From contig NC_090393.1 of the NCBI RefSeq assembly GCF_036365525.1, positions 54,700,488-54,764,487 on the forward strand: DNA of 64,000 nt, given 5' to 3'. Below, in pieces: positions 23,541-36,605 of this stretch. The DNA comes from Heterodontus francisci. Its lineage: Eukaryota. Below the pieces are notes generated by a model, which saw only the letters and a program-made list of their open reading frames with translations, made no database searches and was not told where the DNA came from. A program made the position numbers and the translations under genes. The stretch's first letter is position 1, and every line of letters begins with the position of its first letter.

Positions 23541-24631
23541 TTTTACTGAGGTTTGTCATTGGCAGCTGGTGCTTGTAATACATGGTGCGAAGGGTTATTT
23601 AAAAGATATGAGATTCTGAGAGTTCGGCTTTAATCTTCTTACACTTGGTAATATTTCGTTGTTGCCTTCATGGGAATATTTCGATTGAAGAATAAGAAAA
23701 AAAAAGAACGAGCTTGCATTGTTAGGCCTCCTTCCACGACCTCAGGACATCTGAGCGCACTTCATAGCTAATTTCGTGCTTTTTAAAGGACAGTCACCCT
23801 TTGTAATGTATGAAACTCGGCAGCTTATTTGCGCAAAGTCCCACAAACATCACAGGCCAGATAATCTGTTGTAACGATGTTAGTTGAGGGATGAATATAA
23901 ACCAGGTCAGGTTGGCTTTATTACTTGCAGATTGAGGTTATATTATTAGACAATATAGATATAATAGTTCACAATAACAGATGTTATTTAGAGGAAACAG
24001 TTTCCGTTTAGTGAAAACGTATGAATTGTGACACACTGACCCCAAAGAAGTCCCCAAACAGCGTAATTAGAATGTGATAGAACAGTCTTCTGAGGTTTTA
24101 GGCAAAAGAGTCGGACGAGCGGGAAACCTTGTGGCAGCGAGAAAGGAGCAAAGCGACAGAAATCCAAATATTAGTCCAAGATTCACTTCCGTCAAAGCAA
24201 GTGCAAATTCGAAATTATTTAATAGTTGGTTTAACAATTTGGCCTTAAACGTTTGGCCTTAAATATTGAACAATCTTTGCTGTCAGCATTGCCGTCAATA
24301 TTCTCTAATATGCCCTAATTCTGATTTATTGATTATTACGATTCTTTTTCATCTTTGTCTTATTGTCTGAGCGCATTATTTTGCTTAGATTCAAATTTCT
24401 CTTAAGAATTTGTATGCGTTTCTTGCCTGAAGGAAAAGTAGGAATCTTTTCTCAGGTTATATATTCCCCGGGACTGTTGCCCTAGCCATTGGACTCTAAC
24501 GGGATTCCGTTCTATTAAACTCATTATAGCTATTTAATGTAATTTTAAAAGTTTTCAAAAATGTCAAACATTGATTCCGACTTTTATGTGGATGAAAAAT
24601 GGATCTACTTAAATTTGTTTCTGATTTTCAG

Positions 24632-24954
24632 ATCCACGGGTCCCCTCGGTTTCGGTCCTTCCGCCTTCATCAGATCAAATCGCAGCAAAGAACACGGCGA
24701 CCCTGGTGTGTTTGGTGAGCGGTTTTAACCCGGGAGCTGTGGAGATTGAGTGGACTGTAGATGACAGTGTGAGAGGGAATGGTGTTGAGACCAGTCGGAT
24801 CCAGCAGGAGACGGACAACACGTTCAGTGTGAGCAGTTATCTGACTCTGCCAGCCTCAGAGTGGAACTCACACGAGCTTTTCTCCTGTGTGGTTAAACAC
24901 GAGACTCAGGCAAATCCGCTAAAAACAAGTATCTCGAGGTCCAGTTGTATCTGA
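24632..24954 (+). CDS. IGL: Ig light chain cluster 1, C exon
   Basis: Acceptor ttttcag|, phase 1; (N)PRVPSVSVLPPSSDQIAAKNTATLVCLVSGFNPG...W...FSVSSYLTL...FSCVVKHE...SRSSCI*; C1-set cysteines plus penultimate Cys for the heavy-light bond. Confidence 0.97.
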
Positions 24955-25167
24955 TTCAAAATCTTATGTATTGATTTGTTATTCCAGCAGCAAAGTTTCT
25001 TTACAAATATATTCCGCAAACGGCCATTACATGCTTGCTTTTAAGTGGAACATTTCAAATCAGAACAGTGGTGCAGTTTATCCGGTGGATTCCGCTGTCT
25101 GTTTTTTACAGTGTGTTCACCCTGAACTGATCAAAGTTTCAGTGTAACCTTACAAACATCACAGTTT

Positions 25168-25173
25168 AATAAA
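25168..25173 (+). terminator. PolyA signal, cluster 1
   Basis: AATAAA 214 bp after the stop, followed by GT/T-rich tgtgttgttattttt; conserved in copy 2. Confidence 0.8.
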
Positions 25174-25799
25174 ACGACTATTCCGCTATCTCATGTGTTG
25201 TTATTTTTCTGTGCCGTTGGGTCTGAAACAATTGTTAGCAACTTCCTACATGTGATTAAATAGCGGTTTTATTTTTGCAACATTCTGCACATTTTGTGTA
25301 AAGCCTTTGACATCAGTCAAAATAATCAGATTATGTACACGAAGACGTGGAAGTAATCTGGCAACATATTTTCAAAGATAGACCTGGCTGAATTTCGTTC
25401 GTGTCGGGATGGAGCTGAACCATTTGTCAGTGTTTCTGACACGAATTCAAAGCACTTGGTGCAAGTGTTTCTAAATCATCTGGTTACACAAATTCAGGGC
25501 AAACCCCGTGACCGCCTCTCTTTTGGAGACCCCGCACTTAACGCGCGGTGCAATTCCTGACACTGCATTCTTTTTTCAAAATTATCCGATGACTTTAATT
25601 GGTCAATAATGGTTAGATTGAATCAGGTTATTTTAGAAGCAAGTCATAACTAGAGATTCCTTGAGGCCTTTGACCGAAACCAGCTCATATAACAGTCGCG
25701 CTTTTTAAATTCAGCCTCACACAAATCACCAACTCGGTGCAGTATCCCTTTAGTATCAAGCCTTCTTTGTTCAGACTGATGTAGGTCTACGGTACATAA

Positions 25800-28721
25800 A
25801 TCGTTAAAAGTAGCATTATTAGTTGTTAAGGCCATAGCGAGTGAAAACAAAGTGCCAGCTAATTTCTATTGGAATAGAATACAACAGCAGGGGGGTTTAT
25901 GTTAGATTTATACAGAACTGTGCTCTGCATTGGACTCCATACTACAAATGATACTGAAGGACTTGAGAAAGTGCCGAACGTATCTGCAATGTTGTTACTC
26001 GAATTGGGATGATGCAACTATCAGGTAAATTAGCATGTTGGGCAATTTTCCCTTATTAAGAGAAGACTGGGTATAATTTATAGAGGGCTTTAAAATTATG
26101 AAGTGCGACAGGATAGACGTGCAGAAACTGTTTCCACGGTGCGTTGGACCAGAACAGAGAGGCGTAAATATCAGATCTCCACGCACCGATGACATCAATA
26201 GTTTACTTGAAGATACGGATTGGTGCTTGATTGGGAGGTAGGAGAGGGAGAATAAGCTTTCGTGTTTCATTCTCTGATTGGTTTCTACGTGACAAACGGA
26301 ATTCCGAAGGGATTAGTTCTTCCAGCACAGCTTTTCGCCATATATATTAATGAAGTCATACAGAGTTATATAAACAAGTTGCAGATCACACCAAATTCGG
26401 AGGTCGAGTAACTTTTGCCTCTCCTCAATGGAAAAAAAACCCTCTCAGAAATATTAAAGAACCAAGGGGCTAGCAAAAATGAGGAACTGAAATAAATTAG
26501 TATTCGTAAAAATGTAGTACTGGGGAATGATTAGGACTGAAAGTTGATAAATCCCCTGGAACTGATGTTTAACATGCCACACTGTTGAAAGTGTTGGCTG
26601 GAGAGACAGTGGATGCGTTGGTGATCATCTTCCAAAATTCTATAGATTCTGCAATTGTTCCTGCTGATTGAATGGTAGCAAATGTAACCCCACTAATTAA
26701 GAAAGGAGGGAGAGAGCAAACGGGAACCACAGACCTGTTTTCCTGACAGTAGGAGGGAAAATGCTAGAATCTAATATAAAGAATGTTATAACCGGACAGT
26801 TACAAAATAATGGTAGGATTGGGCAGGGTCAATAGGGATCTGTGAAAGAGAAATCATGTGACAAACCTATTAGTTTTTGAGGATAAGGTGGAGCCGTGGA
26901 TGTGGTGTGTTTGAATTTACAGAAAGCGTTTGATAAAGTCCCATGCAGGCTGGTCAACAAAATTAGAACACATGGGATTGGGGGTAATATACTGGCGTGG
27001 ATTGAGAATTGGTTAATGGACAGAAAACAGAGAGTAGGAAAAAACTGGTCATTCTCAGGTTAGCAGGCTTTGGATCACTGCTTGTGTACCAGCTAATCAC
27101 AATCTAAATCAATGATTTGGATGTGGGGGCTGAATGCAAGTTTGCTGATGACACAAAACCAGGTGGGCATGTGATTTGTGAGGAGGATGCAAAGAGTCTT
27201 CAAGGGATGCAAATTGCTTAAGTGAGTAGGCAAGGATATGGTTGATGGAATATAATGTGGGAAAATATGAGGTTAGCCACTTTGTTAGGAAAAAACAGAA
27301 ACGCAGAGTATTTCTTAAATGGTGAGAGATTGCGAAGTGTTGATGTCAAAAGGCAACTGAGTGTCTTTGTTCATAAGTCATTGAATGCTAACATGCAGGT
27401 GCAGCAAGCAATTAGGAAGCCAAATGGTATGTTAGCCTTTATTGCAAGAGAATTTGAGTTTCGGAGTAAAGATGTCTTGCTGCAATTGTGTCGAGTCCTG
27501 GTGAGACCGCACCTGGAGTATTGTGCGCAGTTTTGTTCATCTTACCAAAGGAGAGTGTCATAGAGGGAGTGCAATGAAGGTTCACCAGACTGATACCCGG
27601 GATGGCGGGATTGTCCTACGAGGAGAGATTGAGGAGACTGGGCCTATATTCTCTGGAGTTTAGAATAATGAGAGGCGATCTCATTGAAGCTTACAAAATT
27701 CTTACAGGGCTCGACCAAGTTGATGCAGGAAGGACGTTCCCCTGGCTGGCGGGGGGTGGGAGGGGAATGGTGGAGGGGGTCGGCGGTGGTCTACAACCAG
27801 GGGACACAGTCTCAGAATAAGTGGTAGGTCATTTAGGACAGAGCTAAGGAGGAATTTCTTCACTCAGAGAGTGGTAAATGTGTGGAATTCACTGGCCCAG
27901 AACTGCTGTGGAGGCTTGGTCATGAGTATCTTCTAGACAGTGATAGATTTCTAGACATTAACAATATCAAGGGATATGGGAATAGTGCAGCAAAATGGCA
28001 TTGTGGTCGAAGATCAGCCATGATCTAGAATAGTGGCAGACCTACTCTTGCTCCTATGTCCTTTGTTCCTAAGGTCGAAATTGAATGCTGACAAGCTCAG
28101 AAGGCTGAATTGACCGGTTGCTATGCCCTAGATTCTTCGCAGTTACAAATAGTGAGAAATTATTAAAATAACATGATCGAGTCACAGATTAATATCGACC
28201 TGATTTCAAATATGTTGCTAACACACAGCGTGAAAGCTGTTTTCAGTCAGCATACCTGTTTGTGCACATTGTTTCATGTCTACTGCTAAGATAAACCGCT
28301 AGTGCGTGCATTAGATATTATCATTCACGTAGCTGCCGCCCAACCCCCACCTGCAGTAGGATACCAAACAATTTGATAGGGCCTTGGTGAGCCCATACTT
28401 GTACTGTGAGTAGTTTTGATATCCTTACCTGAGGAGGGATATACTTGCCTTTGAGACATTGCAACACATGTTCAATAGACTGGTTCTTGGGATGAAGGGA
28501 ATTGAGCAAACTATGCTTATATTCCCTAGAGATGAGCAAAATGAGAGGTGAACTCAGTGAAACGCATATCATTTTAAGGGGCTTGACAGGATAGATATTG
28601 GGAGGTTTTTTCACCTGGCTGGTGAGTCTCGAACTAGGAGACACAGTCCCAAAATAAGAGGCAGCTATTTTGGACTGAGATGAAGAGCAATTTCTTCACT
28701 CAATCTTCAGAATTCTGTACC
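25800..28721 (+). mobile_element. Decayed CR1 fragments; counterpart at ~56340-59940
   Basis: FQNSIDS...ANVTPLIKKG, FDKVP, FADDTK, VLVRPHLEYC, LSYEERLRRLGLYSLE. Confidence 0.85.
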
Positions 28722-29800
28722 TGCAATAGCTCTCTTCTCACTCCCATGCATTACGTCTGGCGTACCCCAATGCTCTATCCTTGCCTCCCTCCTATTTCTC
28801 ATCTATATACTGCCTGTTGGGGACTTCATCTGGAAATACCATGTCAGGCGCCACATGAACTCTGATAACATCCAGGTCTGCGTCATCACAAGCTCTCATG
28901 TCCTCTCCACTGTTTCTACTTTGCTATATGGCTTGTCCGACATTCAGTACTAGATGAGCGATAATTTCCTCCAACTAAATATTGGAAAGAGGGAAGCCAT
29001 TGTCTTCCATCCTCATCACAAATTCCAGTCTATCGCCACCAACTCCTTACCTGTCCCTGGCAACTGTCTGAGGCTGAACAAAACTGTTCGTAACCTTGTT
29101 GTTGTATTTGAGCCTTCCAGGTGCTTATGAACACATAATCCATCACAAGACTGTCTAATCCCACCTCCATAACATTGCCTGACTTCACCCCTGCTTCAGA
29201 TCATCTGAAACTGAAACCCTTATCCATTCCTTGATTACCTCCAGACATGACAATTCCTATTCTCATCTGGTCAGCTTTCCATCTACCACACTACCTAAGC
29301 TTGACCTCATCCAAAATTCTGGTGCCCATATGCTACCTCGCACCAATTCCTTTTCACCAATCTCCCCTTTGCTCATTGGCCTACATTCAACAATGCCTTC
29401 ATTTTAAAACTTTCATTGTTGCTTACAAATTTCTCCATGGCCTTGTCTCTTGCTAGTTCTGTAACTTTCTGCAATCATACAACCCTCTGATATTTCTGAG
29501 CGCCTCCCATTCTGCCCACTTACATTGACACGATTTTAAATGCTCCATTATTGACAGCGGTGCCTTCAGGAGATGAGGTCCTAAGCTCTGGACTTCTCTC
29601 TCTCGCAGCACTGCCGCTCTTCCTCTATCTCTTCCTTGAAGGGGCACCTTAAAACCTATCTCTTTGATCAACAAACCCTGTTCTAACATCTTCTTTTGTG
29701 GTTTGCTATTAAATTTTGTTAGACTATGTTCATATAAAGCAGCTGGGATGATTCACTGCCTTAAAGTACTCGAGAAATGCAAGTGGTTGTTGTTTTAATA
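28722..29800 (+). mobile_element. Decayed L2-like LINE 3' part, present once in the window
   Basis: MSDNFLQLNIGKREAIVF, LIHSLITSR, FKTFIVAYKFLHGL; tail gaaatgcaagtggttgttg. Confidence 0.7.
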
Positions 29801-32800
29801 GTAAAGTCAAGTCAGTCATTGCGACTTCTGATACATTGCTTGTCTATCGATAAATCTAGTTTGCCGCTCATCCGTGCTTTGCTAAATCAATGAATAGGAG
29901 GAAAATATTATCCAAATGGGAGTTATGGCAGCTTGACCTTTGGGAAATCGATCTCTTGTGAAGCTCACTGGCTAAATATGTCACACAGTGAGCTGGATTT
30001 TACATTCAGTTTGAAGGCGGGTTCTTTGGCGTGGTTGGCCGGAGAATCAACGCAGATTCAGCTACCAAGGAACCTGATGCCTAATGCCAGATTCTGATTT
30101 CCTAGGAGGCGCCGAAATTCCATGGTGGCACTGCCGCCGCTCTGTGATGAGACTGTAATTTAAATATGTTAAATACAATTTTGCATTAATTATCATTAAA
30201 TTCACTGCAATCCTAACAGCTGTTTGCAATCTTCTGCATGACAGGTGGCACCCACGTGCTTTCACTTTCCTCTCTTGAAAAGCTGGCAACACCGAAGTGT
30301 GAATCCTTGGTGCTTGCAAAGGTTTGGTAAATTATGCGTTGTTCGCCTGTTGAACTTGTTTTAACTTCGGACATTACCACTAAGGTCAAGCTGCAAATAT
30401 AATTGACATAATAGCCGAACAGCTGTAATTAGTAGAAAATGATGATGATAAAACAGATGTAGGGCAATATGATGAACAACAAGGTAGGAGGTCCGAGAGT
30501 GATGCAGTGATATCGGCTAGGATTCAGTTAGAAACAAAAAAAACTTGAGGCAGAAAAAGTATTAAGAAATCTTGAATTGGAAAAAGAGGAAAGGGAAAAA
30601 GATAAAAACAATAGCATTAAGAAAACTTGAACTTCAGAGAGAGAGAGAGTGAAAGAGAAGACAGGCAATTTAAATTAAAAGAAATGGAACTATGACAAAA
30701 GAGTAGTCTTGAATCCAGGGAAAATTCAGGTCAGGAAGAGTCTGAGTTTAGATCAGGACTCAGTGAGAAGTTGTTCAGGTTTATATAGGCTCTTCCTAAG
30801 TTCGAGGAAAGGGATGTAGAGGCATTTTTCATATCTTTTGAAAAAATAGCTAAACAGATGAAATGACCGAAAGAAAGCTGGACATTGCTCATGCACGCAG
30901 GCTGGTAGGTAGAGCTCATGAAGCTTATGCCATGCTTTCTGAAGAGGCTTCTGCAGATTATTAAATGGCAAAAAAGGCTATTCTCACTGCGTATGGGTTA
31001 GTCCCTGAAGCTTACTGTCAGAAGTTTAGGAACTTACAGAGAATGACTAGGCAGACATATTAAGAATTTGAGAGGGTGAAGCAAATTAATTTTGACCGTT
31101 AGATATGGGCATTAAAGATAGAAACCACATATGAGGACCTTCGAGAATTGATTCTCTTAGAAGTGTTTAAAAACTCCATTCCTTCAGTAGTGAGATCTCA
31201 TGTAGATAACCTGAAACTTTTGAAAGCTAGGCAAGCAGCAGAGATTGCTGATGATTCTGATCTTGTGAATAAGCCAACCTATTTTGTCCGTCACCACCAT
31301 AAACCCGAGAAGGATAGAAAGTGGAAGAGTAAAAGGAAGGCAAGTAGCCGGGCACAAGAAGGAACAGCTGAGAATGCCCCAGCATCACCTTCTCAGGTCA
31401 GAAAGGAACGTGCTGGGGTAGAAGTGAGGTTCACAACTCAAGATGTTATCATTGCAACAACAGGGGTCATCTTCATTCAGAGAGCTGGAAATTGCGAGGT
31501 AAACGCATAGGACTTGTTGGGGTAAGCAAAGTTAGTGCAGAGGAAAGACTCCCTGACTGAGAGTACAGAAGACCAGGCTATAGCTTTAACGACAGCTGTG
31601 AATGTGAAGCCAGAACTAAAACTAAGAGGATTGTAGAGGTTAAGAATAAAATAGCTGAGAGTTGTAATGATTTTTTGACAAAGGGGGAGTAACTCTGTAT
31701 CCTGTAAGTGAGGCAGGAAATCCTCAGGGATACAGGAGCGACCCAAACACTCTTGCTGGAGAAAGATATGAAGTTTTCACCAGACAGCATCTTGAATGCT
31801 GAGGTTTTAGTAAATGCAATTGGCGGGGTGTGTATACCCATACCTTTGCATAGAGAGTGACTTAATAACTGGGATAGTAACAGTAGGTGTTGTTCAGAGT
31901 TTACTAGTAAAGGGAATTGATCGACTCCTAGGAAATGATTTGGCTGGATCAAAAATATCAGTTTTTCCTATAGTTACAGAGGAACCATGTGAAGTTAAGG
32001 AAATGGAGCAATTACAGGAGCACATTCCAGGAATATTTCCTGCGTTACGAGCAATGGCTAAACAGGATCCATTGTTGGAGTTAAAAGGGACACCACAAAT
32101 AGATAATCAGGCATCTGAAACCTTATTTGGGGATTTAGATAATCCAAATCAGATGTTTAACAGATTGTCTATCATTGCAGCACAGCAAGCTGATCCAGAG
32201 ATCTACCAAATAGTATAGACAGCTCTGTCAGAAGCCGAGGTGAAAGGAGTTCTGGAAGGCTATTATATGGCAAATTGGGTTTTGTGGAGGAAATGGAGAC
32301 CGCCTCACAGACATGCTGACAAAGACTGGACAGTTGTTGAACAGATAATGTACCACCTAATGTACCAATCGCCAAGGATTATTAAGGTTAGCACACGACA
32401 TTCCCTTTTCAGGACATAGGGGAATTCAGAAGAACAAATCATACATAAGCAAACATTATTACTGGCCAGGTCTTACAAAGGTGTCAGACAATTTTGTAGA
32501 AAATGCCACACCTCTCAAACGGTGGGAAAACGACACCTACAATTGAAAGTGTTCGCAAGTTGTTAATTGTTGAAATCCGTCATGGAAGAAGGAAAGCACC
32601 ACCTGCTGCTGGAGTTAGACTATGGACTGTTCTACTGTGGAAGAACCTTTTTTTTTGCATCGGACGGCTGGGAGGACTTCAAGCAACATTGGACTGTAAA
32701 TTTGCAAGGACTCTATTTTTTTCTAGTTTAAATGTTGTTTCTATTTTCATAATGTTTAAGAATTTAATTCTTCTTATTAAAGAGTTAATTTAAAAGCACC

Positions 32801-35800
32801 TGGTTTGGTTCACCTCATGCGGGGGGTTAATAGTTGGTCCAATTTTTTGGGGTCTTCCTTTAATTTGGAAAGTTTTAAATGCTATGTTTGGCAATCTGTG
32901 GAGCAACGGGATTGAAATTAACAGTGCGTTTCTGCTACCACAATCAGAATCGTATATTTTGATTGGGGGTTTTGACTGGAGTGATCAGTCATAACATCGC
33001 ACAGGCCATTGGTATGCTGAAGATGCGCTTCCACTGCCTCAATAGATCTGCTGGAGCCCGACAGTATGCACCACACAGGTTTGTGTGCATCGTTGTAGTC
33101 TGCTGCGTTCAACACAACATCATTCTACAGAGTGGTATGGCCCTGCAAAATGAAGAAATATGGGAGCTTGAGACATCCTCTGACGATGAGGACACAGAGG
33201 GCAAAACAAGGACAGGCAAAGATGGGTAATCAGAGAGCAGTGATGGAGGCCAGACATGATGAGCAGCGAGCAAGGAAGGCAAGGCACAGACTGATAATTG
33301 TGTATTTTCACAACCAACAATTTCAATAAAAATGTTTGCGAACAAAACTCACTATCGTGCATGCAGTCTCAAGTCTTCGCCCTCCATTACGGCTATCTCT
33401 CCAGCATGACTCGCACCCTGAATATCCATATGTGTCAAGATGTCTTTATAACATGTTTGTCATAAAGTCATAGAGTCATAGCGTCGTACAGCATAAAAAC
33501 AGGCCCTTCGGCCCACAGCATCCATGCTGACCATAATGCCTAAATATACTAATCCCACCTGCCTGCATTAATTCCATATCCCTCTATGCCTTGCTCATTC
33601 AAGTACCTGTCCAGATGCCTCTTAAATGTCGCTACTGTTCCTGCCTCCACCACCTTTTCAGGCAGTTCATTCCAGATATCCACTATTCCTTGTGTGAAAA
33701 ATTTACCCCTTTGATCCCCTTTAAACCTCCTCCCTCTCACCTTAAATCTATGCCGTCTAGTTTTATTCACCCCTACCATGGGAAACACACTCTGGATATC
33801 TACCCTATCTTTGCCTTTCATAATTTTATATACCTCTATCATGTCCCCTGTCAGCCTCCTTCGCTCAAGGATCAACAGACCAAGCCTATCCAATCTCTCT
33901 TTATAACTCAAGTTCTCCAAACCAGGCAACATCCTTGTGAATCTTTTGTGCACACTCTCTAGCTTAATCACATCTTTCTTGTAGTGCGGCGACCAGAACT
34001 TCACACAATGCTCCAAATGCGGCCTAACCAACGTTCTGTACAACTGTAACATGATGTCCCAACTCTTGTACTCAATGTCTTGGCTGATGGAGGCAAGCAT
34101 GCCATATGCCTTCTTCACCACCCTATCTACCTGTGTTGCCACTTTCAGGGAACTATGTACTTGCACCACAAGGTCTTTCTGCTCAAGAACACTCCCCAGG
34201 GCCCTGCCATTCACTGTATATGTCCTGCCCTGGTTTAACTTCCCAAAATGCTTCACTTTACACTTGTCTGCATTAAATTCTATTTGCCACTCTCTTGCCA
34301 CTTTCCCAGTTAATCTATATCCTGTTGTAACCTTAGACAACCTTCTTCACTGTCCACCATACCACCAATTTTGGTGCTATCTGCAAACCTACTAATCATG
34401 CCACTTACATTCACATCCAAGTCATTAATATATATGACCAGCAGCAGAGGGCCCAGCACCGATCCCTGCAGCACACAACTGGTCACCGGCCTCCAATCTG
34501 AAAAACAACCCTCCACTACCACCTCTGCCTCCTATCACCAAGCCAATTTTGGATCCAATTTGCTAGCTCACCCTGGATCCCATGTGTTCGAACATTCTGG
34601 ACCAGCCTACCATGCGGGACCTTGTCAAAGGTCTTGCTAAAGTCCATGTAGACGACATCCATCGCCCTGCACTCGTCAATCCTCTTGGTCACCTCCTCGA
34701 AAAACTCAATCAAATTTGTGACACATGATTTCCCAGGCACAAAGCCATGCTGACTATCCCTAATCAGACCACGTCTTTCCAGATGCATATAAATCCTGTC
34801 TCTCAGAATCCCTTCCAATAGCATTCCCACCACTGATGTAAGGCACACCGGCCTGTAGTTCCCTGGCTTATCCCTGCTGCCCTTCTTCAATAAAGGCACA
34901 GCATTAGCTATCCTCCAGTCTCCCAGTACCTAACCCGTGGCTAACAATGATACAAAAATCTCTGCCAGGGCCCCAGCAATCTCCTCCCTTGCTTCCCATA
35001 GCATCCTAGGATACATCTGGTCAGGCTGTGGGGATTTATCTATCTTAATGCACTTCAAAACCTCCAACACCTCTTCCTTTCTAATGTTCCTATGCGCCAG
35101 GATATCGCTGTTCCCTCCCTTGAACTCATGATCTTCCATGACCTTAAATACGGATGAGAAATATTCATTTAAGACTTTGCCCATTTCCCGTGGCTCCACA
35201 CATAGATTGCCACACTGATCCTTAAGGGGACCTACCCTCTCCCTAGCTACCTTTTTACTCTTAATATACTTATGGAATCTTTTAGGATTCTCCTTTATCT
35301 TATCTGCCAGGGAAATCTCATGGCCCCTCTACACCCTCCTAATTTCCTTCTTAAGTGTAGTCCTACATCCCCTATACTCCTCGAGGGACTCATTCGATCC
35401 CAGCTGCCTATACCTGACATATGCCTCCTTCTTTGACTGACCAGTCCCTCAATATCCCTCGTCAACCAAGGTTCCCTGAACTTGCCAGCCTTGCCCTTCC
35501 ATCTAACAGGAACATGCCAGCCCTGAATTCTTCCTATCTCACTTTTAAAAGCCTCCCACTTGCCAGACGTCCCTTTACCTGTAAACAGCCTCTCCCATTC
35601 AATCTTTGAGAGTTTCTGTCTGATGCCATCGAAATTAGGCTTCCCCCAATTTAGGACTTCAACCTGAGGACCAGTCCTATCCTTTGCCATAACTATCTTG
35701 AAGCTAATAGAGTTATGGTCACTGGTCCCAAAGTGCTCCCCCACTGACACATCAACCACCTGCCCATCCTCATTTCCTAAGAGGAGGTCGAGTGTAGCCC

Positions 35801-36514
35801 CTTGTCTAGTAGGGCCATCCACATACTGATTCAGAAAACTATCCTGGACACACTTAACAAATTGTTCCCCATCTGATCCCTTTGCACTAAGGCAGTCCCA
35901 GTCAATATTAGGGAAGTTAAAATCACCTATGAATACAACCCTATAATCCCTATACCTATCTGTGATTTCCCTACATATATGCTCCTCCACTTCCCTCTGA
36001 CTATTGGGGGGCCTATAGTATAATCCCATCAAAGTGCTCACCCCTTTCTTATTTCTAAGTTCTACCCATGTGGCCTCGCTGGGCATTACTCCCGGGATAT
36101 CCTCTCTAAGTACTGCCGTGATGTCCTCCTGAATCAATAGTGCAATTCACCCTCCTCTCTTACCTCTAGCTCTGTCACACCGGAAGGATCAGTACTCCAG
36201 AACATTGAGCTGCCAGTCCTGCCCATCCCTCAAACACGTTTCCATAACTGCTATAATATCACCATCCCATGTGCTGATCCATGCTCTGAGTTCATCTGCC
36301 TTACCTGTAAGGCATTAAAATAAATGGAGTTTAGCCGATCAGACTTTCCACGCTCCCTGTATTGCCCCTGCCACGCCTGCCTACTGGACTTGCTTGCTTT
36401 AACCTCAACATTTGCCTCAACTAACTCATCGGAGAGACTACTACTTGTCCCGAGCCCCTGCAAGACTAGTTTAAACCCTCCCAAGTAATACTAGCAAACC
36501 TCCCCGCAAGGGAA

Positions 36515-36605
36515 GGTTAACTCTGATATTAAACATTGTGGTTACACTGATATTAAACACTGTGGTTACTCTGATATTAAACATTGTGGTTACTCTGATA
36601 TTAAA
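36515..36605 (+). repeat. Same 24-bp minisatellite, ~4 units
   Basis: Inter-copy offset drops by 96 bp (4 units) here. Confidence 0.97.

Larger units (their letters stand above)
1..28721 (+). repeat. Segmental tandem duplication, copy 1 (truncated by window start)
   Basis: Pos 1 aligns to 30502 (offset 30501, shifting to ~30405 and ~29816-29845 after indels); the ORF track repeats almost verbatim; homology ends at ...tcttcagaattctgtacc (28721 / 59755). Confidence 0.97.

Noticed and set aside
22560-23840. Defined intronic enhancer (CAGCTG boxes, TTGCGCAA, GGGAATATTTC)
   Set aside because: Scattered short motifs at near-chance frequency; no canonical octamer or kappaB site seen.
21019-24954. 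Processed retrocopy or T-cell receptor gene
   Set aside because: Introns and promoter are retained; the C exon ends in a Cys-containing light-chain tail with no transmembrane exon.
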